Assembly (NCBI GenBank): GCA_964515905.1
Contig: CAZEWK010000089.1
Coordinates: 13,719 to 77,718 of the forward strand
DNA: 64,000 nucleotides
Direction: 5' to 3'
Origin: an uncultured Rhodospirillaceae bacterium
GTDB lineage: Bacteria > Pseudomonadota > Alphaproteobacteria > UBA7887
Under the pieces are notes generated by a model. The model saw nothing but the letters and a program-made list of their open reading frames with translations. It did no database searches and was not told where the DNA came from. A program made the translations under genes and the position numbers. Position 1 is the first letter of the stretch; each line of letters begins with the position of its first letter. Shown one piece after another: positions 30,077 through 42,601 of the stretch.

Positions 30077-32137
30077 TTAAGTCGAATCAGACTGTCTACT
30101 AGTTATTGTGCATACGCGACTAGGCACTGCCGACCTCCGTTTGTTCGTGAGGCCAAGATCCGAGGCTTGAAGAAGCCGCAACTCATCCCTTAAACGCGCG
30201 GCCTCTTCAAATTCTAGGTTTGCGGCAGCTTCATACATTTTGGTTTCCAAGGCGTTGATATGTGATAGCAAATTGTTGCCAATCGATCCGTCGTAGATCG
30301 CCATCCGTCTATCCACGGTCACGTAGTCTGCTTCACTAATATCCTGAAGGACCTGGCTAATTGATTTTTTGATACTCTCCGGAGTGATGCCGTGTTTCTT
30401 ATTATATGTTTCTTGCTTTTCTCGCCGACGATTTGTCTCAGTAATTGCAGCCTCCATCGAGGTTGTGCTTCTGTCCGCATACAGGATACAACGCCCTGCG
30501 ATATTCCGTGCAGCCCGGCCAATTGTCTGGATCAGTGAAGTTCTGGAACGCAAGAACCCTTCTTTGTCTGCATCAAGTATTGCCACCAACGCACACTCGG
30601 GAATGTCTAGGCCCTCCCTCAGCAAGTTAATTCCTACTAGCACATCAAAAACACCGAGTCGCAAATCTCGAATGATTTCAATGCGTTCGAGGGTATCAAC
30701 ATCTGAATGCAAATATCTTACACGTAAACCGCTTTCCCCTAGATATTCTGTAAGATCCTCAGCCATCCGTTTAGTCAACGTAGTAACCAAAACACGTTCG
30801 CCTCGGGATACGGAGGCACTACATTCTGCCAGCAAGTCATCCACTTGCATGGAAGCGGGTCGTGTAACGCACACTGGGTCTGTTAAACCTGTGGGACGAA
30901 TTACTTGTTCTACAAATACGCCTTGTGTTAACTCCAACTCCCATGGCCCAGGCGTTGCGGAGATAAATAACGTTTGAGGCCTCATCGAGTCCCATTCCTC
31001 AAACTTAAGGGGCCTATTATCAACACACGAGGGCAGCCGAAACCCATATTCAGCGAGTGTGCTTTTACGATTGAAGTCTCCTTTGAACATCCCACCCAAC
31101 TGAGGGACAGTGACGTGACTTTCATCGACTATGACCAGAGCATTGCCCGGTAGATACTCAAATAACGTCGGTGGCGGTTCACCAGGGTTTCTCCCAGTCA
31201 AATAACGCGAATAGTTTTCAACACCCGCGCACGTACCCGTAGTCTCCATCATCTCAAGATCGAACCTGGTTCTTTCCTGCAAACGCTGCGCCTCTAAAAG
31301 TTTCCCTTGCGATTCTAGTTCTGCTAAACGAGCACGCAGTTCAATTCGAATCCCTTTGATAGCCTGCTGCATTGTAGGTCTCGGTGTTACGTAATGGCTA
31401 TTGGCATATACCTTCACCTCCTCCATTCTGCGCGTTGTCTCACCGGTTAACGGGTCAATCTCGCTGATGGATTCAATTTCATTGCCAAAGAACGAAATTC
31501 TCCAAGCTCGATCCTCATAATGCGCCGGGAAAATCTCCACTGTGTCCCCACGTGCCCTGAATGTACCTCGCACAAAATTAGTATCATTCCTCTTATACTG
31601 AAGTTCTACCATTTGTTTTAAGAGGAGATTGCGTTCTAACTGATCCCCAACGGCTAATCGAATAACCATTTGAGAATAAGTCTCGAGCGAACCAATTCCA
31701 TAAATACAAGATACACTGGCGACAATCACGACATCATCGTTTTCTAATAATGCCCGAGTAGCTGAGTGTCGCATCCTATCGATTTGCTCATTAATGGACG
31801 CGTCCTTCTCTACATAGGTATCGGAGCGCGGAACATAGGCTTCGGGCTGATAATAGTCATAGTAAGAAACAAAGTATTCCACGGCGTTTTCAGGAAAGAA
31901 TTCAGCCATCTCGCCGTACAACTGAGCAGCTAAGGTCTTATTCGGGGCAAGTATCAATGTTGGTCGCTGGGTTGCCTGAATGACATTTGCTACTGTGAAG
32001 GTCTTCCCTGATCCAGTTACTCCTAATAACACCTGTTCTCGCTCACCACGAGAAATGCCTGCCAAAAGCGCTGTTATGGCATCTGGTTGATCGCCCGATG
32101 GGGCAAACTCAGACTTGATAGAAAATTTTTGCGCCAT
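30077..32137 (-). CDS. uvrB: excinuclease ABC subunit B
   Basis: 686 aa. Helicase motifs GVTGSGKT and DESH, and a C-terminal UVR domain [13 protein letters not shown]. Confidence 0.95.
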   Translation of the reverse strand: MAQKFSIKSEFAPSGDQPDAITALLAGISRGEREQVLLGVTGSGKTFTVANVIQATQRPTLILAPNKTLAAQLYGEMAEFFPENAVEYFVSYYDYYQPEAYVPRSDTYVEKDASINEQIDRMRHSATRALLENDDVVIVASVSCIYGIGSLETYSQMVIRLAVGDQLERNLLLKQMVELQYKRNDTNFVRGTFRARGDTVEIFPAHYEDRAWRISFFGNEIESISEIDPLTGETTRRMEEVKVYANSHYVTPRPTMQQAIKGIRIELRARLAELESQGKLLEAQRLQERTRFDLEMMETTGTCAGVENYSRYLTGRNPGEPPPTLFEYLPGNALVIVDESHVTVPQLGGMFKGDFNRKSTLAEYGFRLPSCVDNRPLKFEEWDSMRPQTLFISATPGPWELELTQGVFVEQVIRPTGLTDPVCVTRPASMQVDDLLAECSASVSRGERVLVTTLTKRMAEDLTEYLGESGLRVRYLHSDVDTLERIEIIRDLRLGVFDVLVGINLLREGLDIPECALVAILDADKEGFLRSRTSLIQTIGRAARNIAGRCILYADRSTTSMEAAITETNRRREKQETYNKKHGITPESIKKSISQVLQDISEADYVTVDRRMAIYDGSIGNNLLSHINALETKMYEAAANLEFEEAARLRDELRLLQASDLGLTNKRRSAVPSRVCTITSRQSDST

Positions 32138-32265
32138 CAGTGGAGCGCTTCCTTTGTTAACAACTCACCTACACGAATTTATTTTACCATCACAAGGTTT
32201 TCTTCTCCGAGGCTTAATTTCTTCTAACTTAAGACCCAGTTTTATAGCTCTTAATACGTCTTGGG

Positions 32266-33450
32266 TTACGTCTGGCCCCAACCTTCTGCAACTCCACGTT
32301 CACGAATACGAGCCATCGCTCTTTTTATGTTTTGGGAACTATTTGCGTAGGAAAACCTCATATAACCCTCCCCATAAGCGCCAAAACTAGTGCCCGCTAC
32401 AGCTGCAATTTCCAATTCATCTAACAGAAAATTCTCCATGTCTTTTGCCTTCATGCCAGTCCCGCTGATGTTAGGCATAGTATAGAACGCCCCTTCTGGC
32501 ATTATGGATGTAAATCCCGGAATCGAATTCGTCTCTTCAACAATAAGTTGTCGGCGTTCGTCAAATGCTCGGGCCATTTGTAAAACCGATTCCTGTGAAC
32601 CCGTTAAGGCAGCGATGGCAGCATATTGTGTTGCAGCATTTGTACAGGAAACTGAATTGATATTTAGCCTAGTGACTAAATCTACTAATGCAGATGGCCA
32701 TACTCCATAACCAATCCGCCATCCTGTCATCGCGTACGTCTTGCTCCATCCATCCAAAATTATCAGTCTATCTCGCAACACCTCATATTCTAACAACGAA
32801 ACAAATTCAGCTTCATCATATATTAAGCGAGAGTATATTTCGTCCGACAGAACCACTATATCTGGATATGCTTCGAGCCCCTCTACAAGTCGATTGAATT
32901 GTGAGCGAGGCGCGACCCCACCTGTTGGATTCGCCGGACTATTTAGAATAATGAGCCGCGTCGCAGAAGTAATTTGAGAAAGAACCTCCTCTGCATCGAA
33001 GGCGAATTGGTTAGATTCGCGTAAAGGAATAGGGACGGCTTTAGCGCCTGAATAATTTATTACTGATTCATATATAGGGAAACCAGGGTTAGGGTACATT
33101 ATTTCAGCACCAGGTTCACCAAATAGGAGTATGGCATACCACATTGTAACTTTTCCGCCTGGGACTATTACTACCTGGTCAGGGTCAACCTCTAACCCAC
33201 GGAACTTGGCAATGTCAGCTGCGACAGCTTCGCGCAAAGGCAATATGCCGTTGCCTGGAGTGTATCCGTGGTGCCCATCCGCAAGGGCCTTCTGCGCAGC
33301 CTCCACTATATGGTCAGGAGTACGGAAATCAGGTTGGCCGATTCCTAGATTGATAACGTCGCGTCCCTGCGCCTCTAGTGCCTTTGCGCGGGCTAAAAGC
33401 TCAAACGCACTCTCTGTCCCAAGACGAGACAGACCTGATGCTAATTGCAA
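32266..33450 (-). CDS. pyridoxal-phosphate-dependent aminotransferase (class I, AspC/AlaT-like)
   Basis: 394 aa. INLGIGQPDF N-terminus and [16 protein letters not shown]-lysine region. Confidence 0.85.
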   Translation of the reverse strand: MQLASGLSRLGTESAFELLARAKALEAQGRDVINLGIGQPDFRTPDHIVEAAQKALADGHHGYTPGNGILPLREAVAADIAKFRGLEVDPDQVVIVPGGKVTMWYAILLFGEPGAEIMYPNPGFPIYESVINYSGAKAVPIPLRESNQFAFDAEEVLSQITSATRLIILNSPANPTGGVAPRSQFNRLVEGLEAYPDIVVLSDEIYSRLIYDEAEFVSLLEYEVLRDRLIILDGWSKTYAMTGWRIGYGVWPSALVDLVTRLNINSVSCTNAATQYAAIAALTGSQESVLQMARAFDERRQLIVEETNSIPGFTSIMPEGAFYTMPNISGTGMKAKDMENFLLDELEIAAVAGTSFGAYGEGYMRFSYANSSQNIKRAMARIRERGVAEGWGQT

Positions 33451-33576
33451 AAATTTCTCCTTTAATTATATATCTGCCACAAAAATAGTGAGTATGGGGC
33501 AACCGGTAATTCACTGCAATCTGTGGTATAGTTGTTTATTCTTGCAAGAGTGCAGTTCACCAGCGTAGCCTCGTAG

Positions 33577-34806
<1,230 letters not shown>

Positions 34807-34808
34807 AA

Positions 34809-36875
34809 ATGGATAAAGATACACCTATTCAGGTTAACTATTCGGCATGTCCTCATGACTGCCCCAGCACATGTGCTCTTGAAGTAGAGTTGTTAGACCA
34901 ACATCGGATAGGTCGGGTCCGTGGAGCTAAAGAAAATTCTTATACTTCGGGCATCGTCTGCGCAAAAGTGGCGCGCTACTCTGAACGCACGCATCATCCG
35001 GATCGTTTGATTTCCCCGATGCGTCGAAGCGGTGAAAAGGGAACCGGTGAATTTAAATCTATTTCTTGGGATGACGCCCTAGATGAAGTGGCCGAAGCGT
35101 TCATCCAAACGGCTCAAAAACATGGCTCCGAATCTATATGGCCTTATTTTTATGCTGGAACCATGGGTCTGCTGCAACGTGATGGCATCAATCGACTGCG
35201 CCACGACATGAAATATTCTGGGCAACACAGTACCATTTGCGTAACACTTGTCCAAGCCGGATGGAAAGCAGCCGTAGGGACCCTGCGTGGACCAGACCCA
35301 CGAGAAATGGCGGCCTCCGACTTAATTATTGCCTGGGGTGGAAACCCTGCTTCTACTCAAGTCAACGTAATGACCCATATACAAAAAGCACGGAAAGAGC
35401 GTGGAGCAAAATTTATCGTGGTCGATCCATACCGAACACGCTCTGCTCAAGTATCCGACATGCACCTCGCTTTGAAGCCAGGTACGGATGCAGCAATGGC
35501 CTGTGCGGTAATGCATGTACTTTTTCGGGATGGATTTGCCAACCACAAATATATGTCACAATTTTCGGATTGTCCCGAAGCCCTTGAACATCACTTGCGC
35601 ACACGCACACCCGCATGGGCGGCAAAAATCACTGGTCTGTCAGTCTCAGAGATAGAGACTTTTGCGAAATTGTACGGTCAAACAAAGCGTAGCTACATCC
35701 GAGTGGGATTTGGCTTCTCTCGCTCTCGAAACGGCGCGGTGAATACCCATGCTGTATCCTGCTTGCCAACCATTACTGGAGCTTGGGCTCATAAAGGCGG
35801 TGGAGCATTTCACAGTAATGGTGGCATCTATCATTGGGATAAAACTTTGATAGAAGGTCTTGACTGCCAGGACCCTTCGATTCGCCTGCTGGATCAATGC
35901 AGGATCGGACCAATTTTAACCGGTGATAAAATGGATCTAGCCAACGGGCCAGCAGTGCACGCCATGTTGGTACAAAATACTAACCCGGCAGTGGTGGCTC
36001 CAGAATCAGCCAAAGTGATAGAGGGCCTGCTCCGGGACGATTTATTCTTGTGTGTCCATGAGCAATTTGTAACAGATACTGCTAAATTTGCCGATATTCT
36101 GCTGCCCGCCACCACTTTCGTGGAACATAACGACATATATCAAGCAAGCGGACACCAACATATTACTCTTGGCCCGAAACTTATCGAACCTATTGGTCAA
36201 TCCCGCTCCAATCACAATGTAATCTGCGCAATTGCAAAGCGGGTGGGTGCCACTCATAGGGGTTTCAAAATGACGGAGTGGGAAATTATTGACGAGACGT
36301 TAAAGACCTCTGGTTGGGGTAGCGTTGACGCCTTAAAAGATAACCGTTGGATTGACTGTCAACCGAGTTTTAAGGATTCTCACTTTTTAGATGGATTTGG
36401 GTTCGATGACGGCAAGTTTCGGTTTGCTGCTAACTGGGCCGCTGAAGGGCCCGACCATAAGGCTCTACCGAATCTCCCAGACCACATAGAATTAATCGAA
36501 AAGGCTGATGCAGATCATCCATTCCGACTAGTAACTGCTCCAGCACATAATTACCTAAACACATCGTTTACAGAGACAAAAACTTCTATAGCAAAAGAAG
36601 TGAGACCGACTATTAAACTGTGTAAGGAGGATATCGCGCAATTAAATATGCTCCCTGGGGACAAAGTAAAAGTTGGGAACAGTCGAGGTGAAATTATTGT
36701 GCACGTTGACATTGCCAAAGATCAACAATCAAAAGTCGCAGTAATTGAAGGTATTTGGCCTAATCATGCATTCGAAAACGGGCTCGGTGTAAACACGTTG
36801 ATCGGGGCTGACCCCGGGCCACCGAATGGCGGCGGTGTTTTTCATGATGCTGCAGTTTGGATTAAAAATGCCTGA
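34809..36875 (+). CDS. molybdopterin-dependent oxidoreductase (MopB/COG0243 family) with N-terminal Cys cluster
   Basis: About 688 aa starting MDKDTPIQVNYSACPHDCPSTC (Fe-S motif). Bis-MGD oxidoreductase domains follow. Start abuts the upstream stop with a 2-nt gap. Confidence 0.8.
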   Translation: MDKDTPIQVNYSACPHDCPSTCALEVELLDQHRIGRVRGAKENSYTSGIVCAKVARYSERTHHPDRLISPMRRSGEKGTGEFKSISWDDALDEVAEAFIQTAQKHGSESIWPYFYAGTMGLLQRDGINRLRHDMKYSGQHSTICVTLVQAGWKAAVGTLRGPDPREMAASDLIIAWGGNPASTQVNVMTHIQKARKERGAKFIVVDPYRTRSAQVSDMHLALKPGTDAAMACAVMHVLFRDGFANHKYMSQFSDCPEALEHHLRTRTPAWAAKITGLSVSEIETFAKLYGQTKRSYIRVGFGFSRSRNGAVNTHAVSCLPTITGAWAHKGGGAFHSNGGIYHWDKTLIEGLDCQDPSIRLLDQCRIGPILTGDKMDLANGPAVHAMLVQNTNPAVVAPESAKVIEGLLRDDLFLCVHEQFVTDTAKFADILLPATTFVEHNDIYQASGHQHITLGPKLIEPIGQSRSNHNVICAIAKRVGATHRGFKMTEWEIIDETLKTSGWGSVDALKDNRWIDCQPSFKDSHFLDGFGFDDGKFRFAANWAAEGPDHKALPNLPDHIELIEKADADHPFRLVTAPAHNYLNTSFTETKTSIAKEVRPTIKLCKEDIAQLNMLPGDKVKVGNSRGEIIVHVDIAKDQQSKVAVIEGIWPNHAFENGLGVNTLIGADPGPPNGGGVFHDAAVWIKNA

Positions 36876-36956
36876 ATTCAGCAGCCCCTTCACACGACAA
36901 CGAATAAAAACCAATAAACTATATACCTCACAAAGTCGGACGTAACCAAAACACCT

Positions 36957-37937
36957 ATGTTTATCAAAAACCATCGTAATTGGTATATTCCAGACTCAAA
37001 AGTGACACCAGAAAAGGTATTTTGGAACCGCCGTGAATTCTCCAAAACCGTCATTGCGGGCAGTATTTTAGGTGGGTCAACCAGCAATATTTTTAGTGTT
37101 TTATCACCATCTGAAGCTTTGGCTGAACCGGATTTAAACGCTGACCGTTATCCTGCCCGCATCAACCCTCGATATACAGTGAGACGACCAATTACGCCAG
37201 AGCATCTCGCAACTACTTATAACAATTTCTTTGAATTTGGATCCAGCAAAGACATATGGAAAAGCGCTAAGCAGCTTCCTCTAAGACCTTGGGAGATACG
37301 TCTTGATGGAATGGTTGAGAAACCAATGACATTTGGCGTGGACGACTTGATCAAAAAAATGCCACTTGAAGAGCGCGTGCTCCGGCATCGCTGTGTAGAA
37401 GCCTGGTCAATGACAGTACCTTGGACAGGGTTCCCACTTCGACTTTTACTTGATATTGCCAAACCTTTAAGCCAAGCCAAATACTTGGAAATGTCTGCTT
37501 TTGAATTGCCAGATATTGCTCAAGGACAACGACAAATATGGTTGCCTTGGCCCTACGGGGAGGGCATTACAATAGAAGAGGCTAGCAACGAATTGGCCAT
37601 GCTGGTGGTAGGGGCTTACGGGGCACCACTGCCCCACCAAAATGGAGCCCCACTGCGACTAATTTTGCCATGGAAATATGGCTTTAAATCAATCAAATCC
37701 ATTCAACGCTTTACTTTCACAGACCGCCGTCCAGTAAGTTTCTGGCAAGAGATCGCTGGAAACGAGTATGGCTTTTGGGCCAATGTAAATCCTGAAGTTC
37801 CACACCCGAGATGGAGCCAAGAAACGGAGCGAATGTTGGGGTCGAATGAACGGGTACCAACACGCATTTTTAATGGATATGGGGAGTTTGTGTCGCACCT
37901 ATACACAGACCTTAGAAACGAAAATCTCTTTTTATAA
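36957..37937 (+). CDS. msrP: protein-methionine-sulfoxide reductase catalytic subunit MsrP (YedY)
   Basis: 326 aa. ...CVEAWSMTVPWTGFPL...NGAPLRLILPWKYGFKSIKSI aligns to the MsrP sulfite-oxidase-fold Moco domain. Confidence 0.85.
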   Translation: MFIKNHRNWYIPDSKVTPEKVFWNRREFSKTVIAGSILGGSTSNIFSVLSPSEALAEPDLNADRYPARINPRYTVRRPITPEHLATTYNNFFEFGSSKDIWKSAKQLPLRPWEIRLDGMVEKPMTFGVDDLIKKMPLEERVLRHRCVEAWSMTVPWTGFPLRLLLDIAKPLSQAKYLEMSAFELPDIAQGQRQIWLPWPYGEGITIEEASNELAMLVVGAYGAPLPHQNGAPLRLILPWKYGFKSIKSIQRFTFTDRRPVSFWQEIAGNEYGFWANVNPEVPHPRWSQETERMLGSNERVPTRIFNGYGEFVSHLYTDLRNENLFL

Positions 37938-37957
37938 TGAGCATTAGGTTCTAGTAA

Positions 37958-38629
37958 GTGCTAAATATTTCGCCCGCTCTAATTATTTTTGATTGTGATG
38001 GTGTTCTGGTAGATTCTGAGCCAATTGCAAATCGAATATTAGCTCAATCGCTGAGCAAAGAAGGCTATGAATGTTCTTTTGAGGACTCGATTGAGAAGTT
38101 CGTGGGAAGGGACCTCACCACTATTGTAAATCAGGTTGAGACAGAATTAGGCCGAGAACTTTCAGAAAGATTTTTTGAACAATTGCAGGCTCAAACTTAT
38201 GCTACCTTTCAGAAATATCTAAAACCGGTCCCGGGTATTGGTGCCGTTTTAGGCAAGATTTCGTTGCCCAAGTGTGTCGCATCCTCAGGGACTATTGATA
38301 AGATAGAATTTACTTTGACCTTGACTGGGCTGCGACATCATTTTGGGAGCGCAGTTTTTAGTGCCAGTCAAGTACCTCGAGGCAAGCCCTATCCAGACTT
38401 ATTTCTCCACGCAGCGCAACAATTTAGCGTTTCACCAAACGCGTGTATCGTAGTCGAAGACAGTATACCAGGCGTTCTGGGTGCCCGTGCAGCAGGAATG
38501 CATGTGTTAGGTTATGCGGGTGGAACTCATGTTAGACCAAATCATGATCATCTTTTAACTGAAGCTGGAGCACAGGTTTTTCTTTCTATGACCAGTCTCC
38601 CCAAACTGTTAACCACCAAATTCGAATAA
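37958..38629 (+). CDS. HAD-IA family hydrolase
   Basis: 223 aa, IIFDCDGVLVDSE motif I and later SxxG and VEDSxxG motifs. Confidence 0.8.
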   Translation: MLNISPALIIFDCDGVLVDSEPIANRILAQSLSKEGYECSFEDSIEKFVGRDLTTIVNQVETELGRELSERFFEQLQAQTYATFQKYLKPVPGIGAVLGKISLPKCVASSGTIDKIEFTLTLTGLRHHFGSAVFSASQVPRGKPYPDLFLHAAQQFSVSPNACIVVEDSIPGVLGARAAGMHVLGYAGGTHVRPNHDHLLTEAGAQVFLSMTSLPKLLTTKFE

Positions 38630-38681
38630 CTTTAAAGGTTCTTTGCCTCGGCGAGTGACATCCGAACACTAACAAATCTAT

Positions 38682-39605
38682 TTGTGGAGACATCGCCCAA
38701 TGACAAACTCCCTGGTTGAAAATCTCGATGGTGTGGCATTCATTGACAGAGACTACGTCCCCATCCGAGAAGCTAAAATCCCCCTACTAGATTGGGGTTT
38801 TTTACGATCGGATGCCAATCAAGATACGATTTCTGTTTGGAAAGGACTATTCTTTCGATTAGAAGATCATCTGGACCGATTTGAGAAAAATATCGCGAAA
38901 TTACGAATGGAGTGCCCTTACGACCGTGCGCAAATACGGTCCATAATGGTAGAATGTGTTAAACGCTCAAAGGCAACTAACGCCTACGTCCAGATTATCA
39001 TGACGCGGGGGACTCCTCCGATCGGCATTCGAGATCCTAGAGAATGCCAGAATCAATTTTATGCTTTCTGTGTTCCTTACATCTGGATCGCAACTGAGGC
39101 CCAACGGGAATATGGGTTGAAATTAGTAGTTAGTTCGATCCAGAGAATTCCTGTGTCTTCTGTTGATCCTACACTGAAGCATTATCACTGGCTCGATTTC
39201 CAAATGGGTTTGTTTGAAGCATATGAACGAGGCGGCGACACTGTTGTTTTAACCGACGAAGCCGGACTTGTAACTGAGGGGCCAGGATTCAATATTTTTA
39301 TAGTAAAAGATGGCAACATAGGAACTCCCAGACACGGTGTCCTTAACGGCATGACCCGTCAAACAGTGAGCGAACTCTGCGCAGAAATCGGTGTTTCCTG
39401 TTTCTCCAAAGATATTCCTGTGGAACATCTTATCAACGCAGATGAAGTGTTTCTATCTTCAACGGCAGGGGGAATAATCCCAGTGACCACAGTTAATGGC
39501 CACGTTGTCGGCAACGGAAAGCCAGGTCCAACCTATGAACAACTGAAAGTCCTCTATTGGGAAAAACGTGAATCGGGTTGGCACGGGACCCCTGTATTTG
39601 TTTAA
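38682..39605 (+). CDS. class IV aminotransferase (BCAT/D-amino-acid aminotransferase-like)
   Basis: 307 aa. Fold-type IV PLP enzyme motifs (EGPGFNIFIV, ...EVFLSSTAGGIIPV). Confidence 0.8.
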   Translation: MWRHRPMTNSLVENLDGVAFIDRDYVPIREAKIPLLDWGFLRSDANQDTISVWKGLFFRLEDHLDRFEKNIAKLRMECPYDRAQIRSIMVECVKRSKATNAYVQIIMTRGTPPIGIRDPRECQNQFYAFCVPYIWIATEAQREYGLKLVVSSIQRIPVSSVDPTLKHYHWLDFQMGLFEAYERGGDTVVLTDEAGLVTEGPGFNIFIVKDGNIGTPRHGVLNGMTRQTVSELCAEIGVSCFSKDIPVEHLINADEVFLSSTAGGIIPVTTVNGHVVGNGKPGPTYEQLKVLYWEKRESGWHGTPVFV

Positions 39606-39628
39606 GGACAGCCAAATGGAAGGGATAT

Positions 39629-40522
39629 TTATTTAAAACCCGTCTCCGCGACTTTCCGTAATAAGAAATCGCGAAAAACCGAAATGCGACGCGAATCTTT
39701 TAGTTCTGACGGATAAACGAAATATGCCTCCGCTGACGGTGTCTCGAGTTTGTCTAAAATACGGACTAAATTTGGTTGTTGGTTTGAAAGGAAGGTTGGC
39801 AATGTTGCAATACCAGTTCCATTCTGAACGCAACGCAACATGCCGTAAACATTGTTTACTGTTAACGACGGCTCAAACTTGGGCGCTATCAAATTGAGCT
39901 CGTCGAGCAGCCAACTGTGCCCCGCAAACGGTGAAGGCATTTCGGAACCAAAACTTATGACTCTGTGCTTGGTTAACTCTCGTATTTTCGTAGGTGTCCC
40001 AAACTGATTCAAATAGGCCGGTGCGGCATATATACCTAAATGTCCTGTGAACAAACGCCGCTGTATCAAGTCCGACTGTGTTGGGGGTTTTACTCGTATT
40101 GCAACGTCTGCCTCTCGCATGGTCAAGTCAAGCTCTACATCTGCTACTAGTAAGCTTACCGATATATCGGAATACAGGTCTATAAATTCTCCTATATGTT
40201 CGGTAAGCCATAATGAGCCAAATCCCACAGTCGTCGTAATCCGTAGTGGTCCTTTTGGATGCTCTTGACTTTCAGTTAGCCTTGCTTCAGTCATCGCGAG
40301 TGTCGTGAAAACATCGTGAACGGACTGAAACAAGACCTCTCCTTGTTCCGTTAACAGCAGACCTCTTGCGTGACGATGAAACAAAGTTAAATTCAACGAG
40401 TCTTCAAGACCCCGGATCTGGCGACTTACCGCAGATTGACTCAAATTTAGCACGTCCCCCGCATGAGTGAAACTACCGGTTTCAGCGACTACATGGAAGA
40501 TTCTTAGCTTATCCCAGTTCAT
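39629..40522 (-). CDS. LysR-family transcriptional regulator
   Basis: 297 aa. N-terminal HTH FTHAGDVLNLSQSAVSRQIRGLE and a LysR substrate-binding domain. Confidence 0.9.
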   Translation of the reverse strand: MNWDKLRIFHVVAETGSFTHAGDVLNLSQSAVSRQIRGLEDSLNLTLFHRHARGLLLTEQGEVLFQSVHDVFTTLAMTEARLTESQEHPKGPLRITTTVGFGSLWLTEHIGEFIDLYSDISVSLLVADVELDLTMREADVAIRVKPPTQSDLIQRRLFTGHLGIYAAPAYLNQFGTPTKIRELTKHRVISFGSEMPSPFAGHSWLLDELNLIAPKFEPSLTVNNVYGMLRCVQNGTGIATLPTFLSNQQPNLVRILDKLETPSAEAYFVYPSELKDSRRISVFRDFLLRKVAETGFK

Positions 40523-40583
40523 CTATTTGATTTCAGAAATGATTTTGCAACTCACCTCTTGTCCTAGCCTTTGCAATTAATAG

Positions 40584-41549
40584 TCACTCCGCGGCGCGCA
40601 TCGCGTTATCATCAGTTGCTAGATATCGTTCCGCTTCAAGAGCCGCCATGCAGCCAGAGCCCGCTGCGGTTACGGCCTGCCGGTACACCTTATCTTGGAC
40701 ATCACCAGCCGCGAACACACCAGGAATATTTGTTGCCGTACTTCCCGGTATAGTGTTGATATAACCATCCTTATCCATATCCACCATACCTTTAAATAAA
40801 CCGGTATTCGGTGTATGGCCAATAGCAATAAACAAGCCGTCCAATGGCAGTTCTCTTTGCGCACCAGTTTTAATATTTTTAAGACGAAGACACTCTACAG
40901 ATTTTGGATCACTGCTCCCTAACACCTCTTCGACCAGATGATCCCACAGTATTTCTATTTTTTTGTTAGAGAATAGTCTGTCCTGCAGCATCTTTTCTGC
41001 TCGCAACTCATCACGGCGGTGAACAAGCCACACTTTTGAAGCAAAATTAGTCAGAAAAAGCGCCTCCTCAACAGCCGTGTTACCTCCTCCAACTACTGCA
41101 ACCACTTTATTTCGGAAAAAGAACCCATCACAAGTAGCACACGCTGAGACACCAAATCCTTGGTATTCTGTCTCACTGTCCAACCCCAGCCATCGAGCTT
41201 CCGCGCCAGTACATAATATTACCGATTCCCCAGTATAACGCGCACCAGAATCTCCTAGACACACAAAGGGGCCCTGGCCTAAATCTATTTCTTTGATTAT
41301 GTCTGAAACCATTTTTGTACCAACTGACTCTGCTTGCTTCTGCATCTGCTCCATGAGCCAAGGACCCTGAATAACATCAGCAAAACCGGGGTAATTTTCG
41401 ACGTCGGTGGTGATTGTCATTTGTCCGCCAGGTTGAATACCGTGCAACAAGATCGGGGCTAAATTCGCTCTTGAAGCATATATAGCCGCTGTTAGACCGG
41501 CAGGCCCGGAACCCAAGATTAGTACCTTGCTGTGGTTTAAAGTCGTCAT
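40584..41549 (-). CDS. trxB: thioredoxin-disulfide reductase
   Basis: 321 aa. GSGPAG FAD site, CATCDGFFF redox-active disulfide, GGGNTAVEEA NADPH site. Confidence 0.95.
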   Translation of the reverse strand: MTTLNHSKVLILGSGPAGLTAAIYASRANLAPILLHGIQPGGQMTITTDVENYPGFADVIQGPWLMEQMQKQAESVGTKMVSDIIKEIDLGQGPFVCLGDSGARYTGESVILCTGAEARWLGLDSETEYQGFGVSACATCDGFFFRNKVVAVVGGGNTAVEEALFLTNFASKVWLVHRRDELRAEKMLQDRLFSNKKIEILWDHLVEEVLGSSDPKSVECLRLKNIKTGAQRELPLDGLFIAIGHTPNTGLFKGMVDMDKDGYINTIPGSTATNIPGVFAAGDVQDKVYRQAVTAAGSGCMAALEAERYLATDDNAMRAAE

Positions 41550-41831
41550 ACACCCACCAAAAAATCTGTAATTTAGAAATCGAAACTACTGTTGGATATG
41601 CAAAGTAGATCAGAAAATAAACAATATTTACATTCTAAATAAAATGAATAGCCTGCTATTTAATCGTACTTTACGCGACCTCTCCACAAACTTCCAAATG
41701 TTTTACTCTACCGTTGAACGATTAGGTAAGATTACAGGCGTATTTCTGTATTAATCAACGTTAAGTATCTGTCCCCTACGCGATCTCTCCTTAAAGCTTG
41801 ACCATTACTACTTGCCCGTGAAAATAAGGAT

Positions 41832-42563
41832 ATGTTTTCTAATAATTCTATCACCCGCAAATGCTTCTATTTGGCTATTCTGCTACTAACGTGTGTGGCT
41901 TGGGATCAACTGTATGTTTGTGCTGGGGTCGCCGAAGAGACAGAATCTGGCGGACAAGAATGGAACCATATCAAAACTGTGCTGATGTCGGCCGAATATG
42001 GAGGAAGATCCGGAGTTGTTGAACGCTGGAACCGTTCCCCGCTGATCACTGCCGTAGGCGCCTCAAAAACAGACCAGGCATATATTGAATCTCTCATTAT
42101 GAACTGGAATCAAATTCTAGCAGAAACACCCATTCAGCTAAAATATACGAATGATGCGCGCGCTGATATTGGTATAATCTTCGCGGATCGAGCAAATTTT
42201 AAAGAAATTTCTGCCATTTATGGCTTCCAGATTGTTGAAGGAGGCGTCGGCTTTGCGGGAACAATCGTTGACAACCAGCATCACATGAGAATGGGGCTAG
42301 TACTGATAGATAACAAATTACTCGATCACGAGCGTAAGGCAACGATCGCTCAGGAGCTCTATCATACTCTTGGACCAATAAACGACTCGCCGTATTTTCC
42401 AGCTAGTGTCGTATTTGAAGACGAGACCATGCCCTCCTCAGCAATTAAACTTGCGGATGTCGATAGAAAGCTCTTAAAATTTTTATACGCCTATTTAAAG
42501 CCCGGTGACCTACAATCGGACACGCGAGAAGCTTTTATAAAATTTTGGGATACTCTAGAATAG
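41832..42563 (+). CDS. secreted hypothetical protein (possibly DUF2927-like)
   Basis: 243 aa with N-terminal signal-like hydrophobic segment. No catalytic motif recognised. First gene of a three-gene plus-strand cluster. Confidence 0.45.
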   Translation: MFSNNSITRKCFYLAILLLTCVAWDQLYVCAGVAEETESGGQEWNHIKTVLMSAEYGGRSGVVERWNRSPLITAVGASKTDQAYIESLIMNWNQILAETPIQLKYTNDARADIGIIFADRANFKEISAIYGFQIVEGGVGFAGTIVDNQHHMRMGLVLIDNKLLDHERKATIAQELYHTLGPINDSPYFPASVVFEDETMPSSAIKLADVDRKLLKFLYAYLKPGDLQSDTREAFIKFWDTLE

Positions 42564-42601
42564 AAAGTCTATTTGTAGGCCTGTCTGGCAAAGATTTATA
42601 G

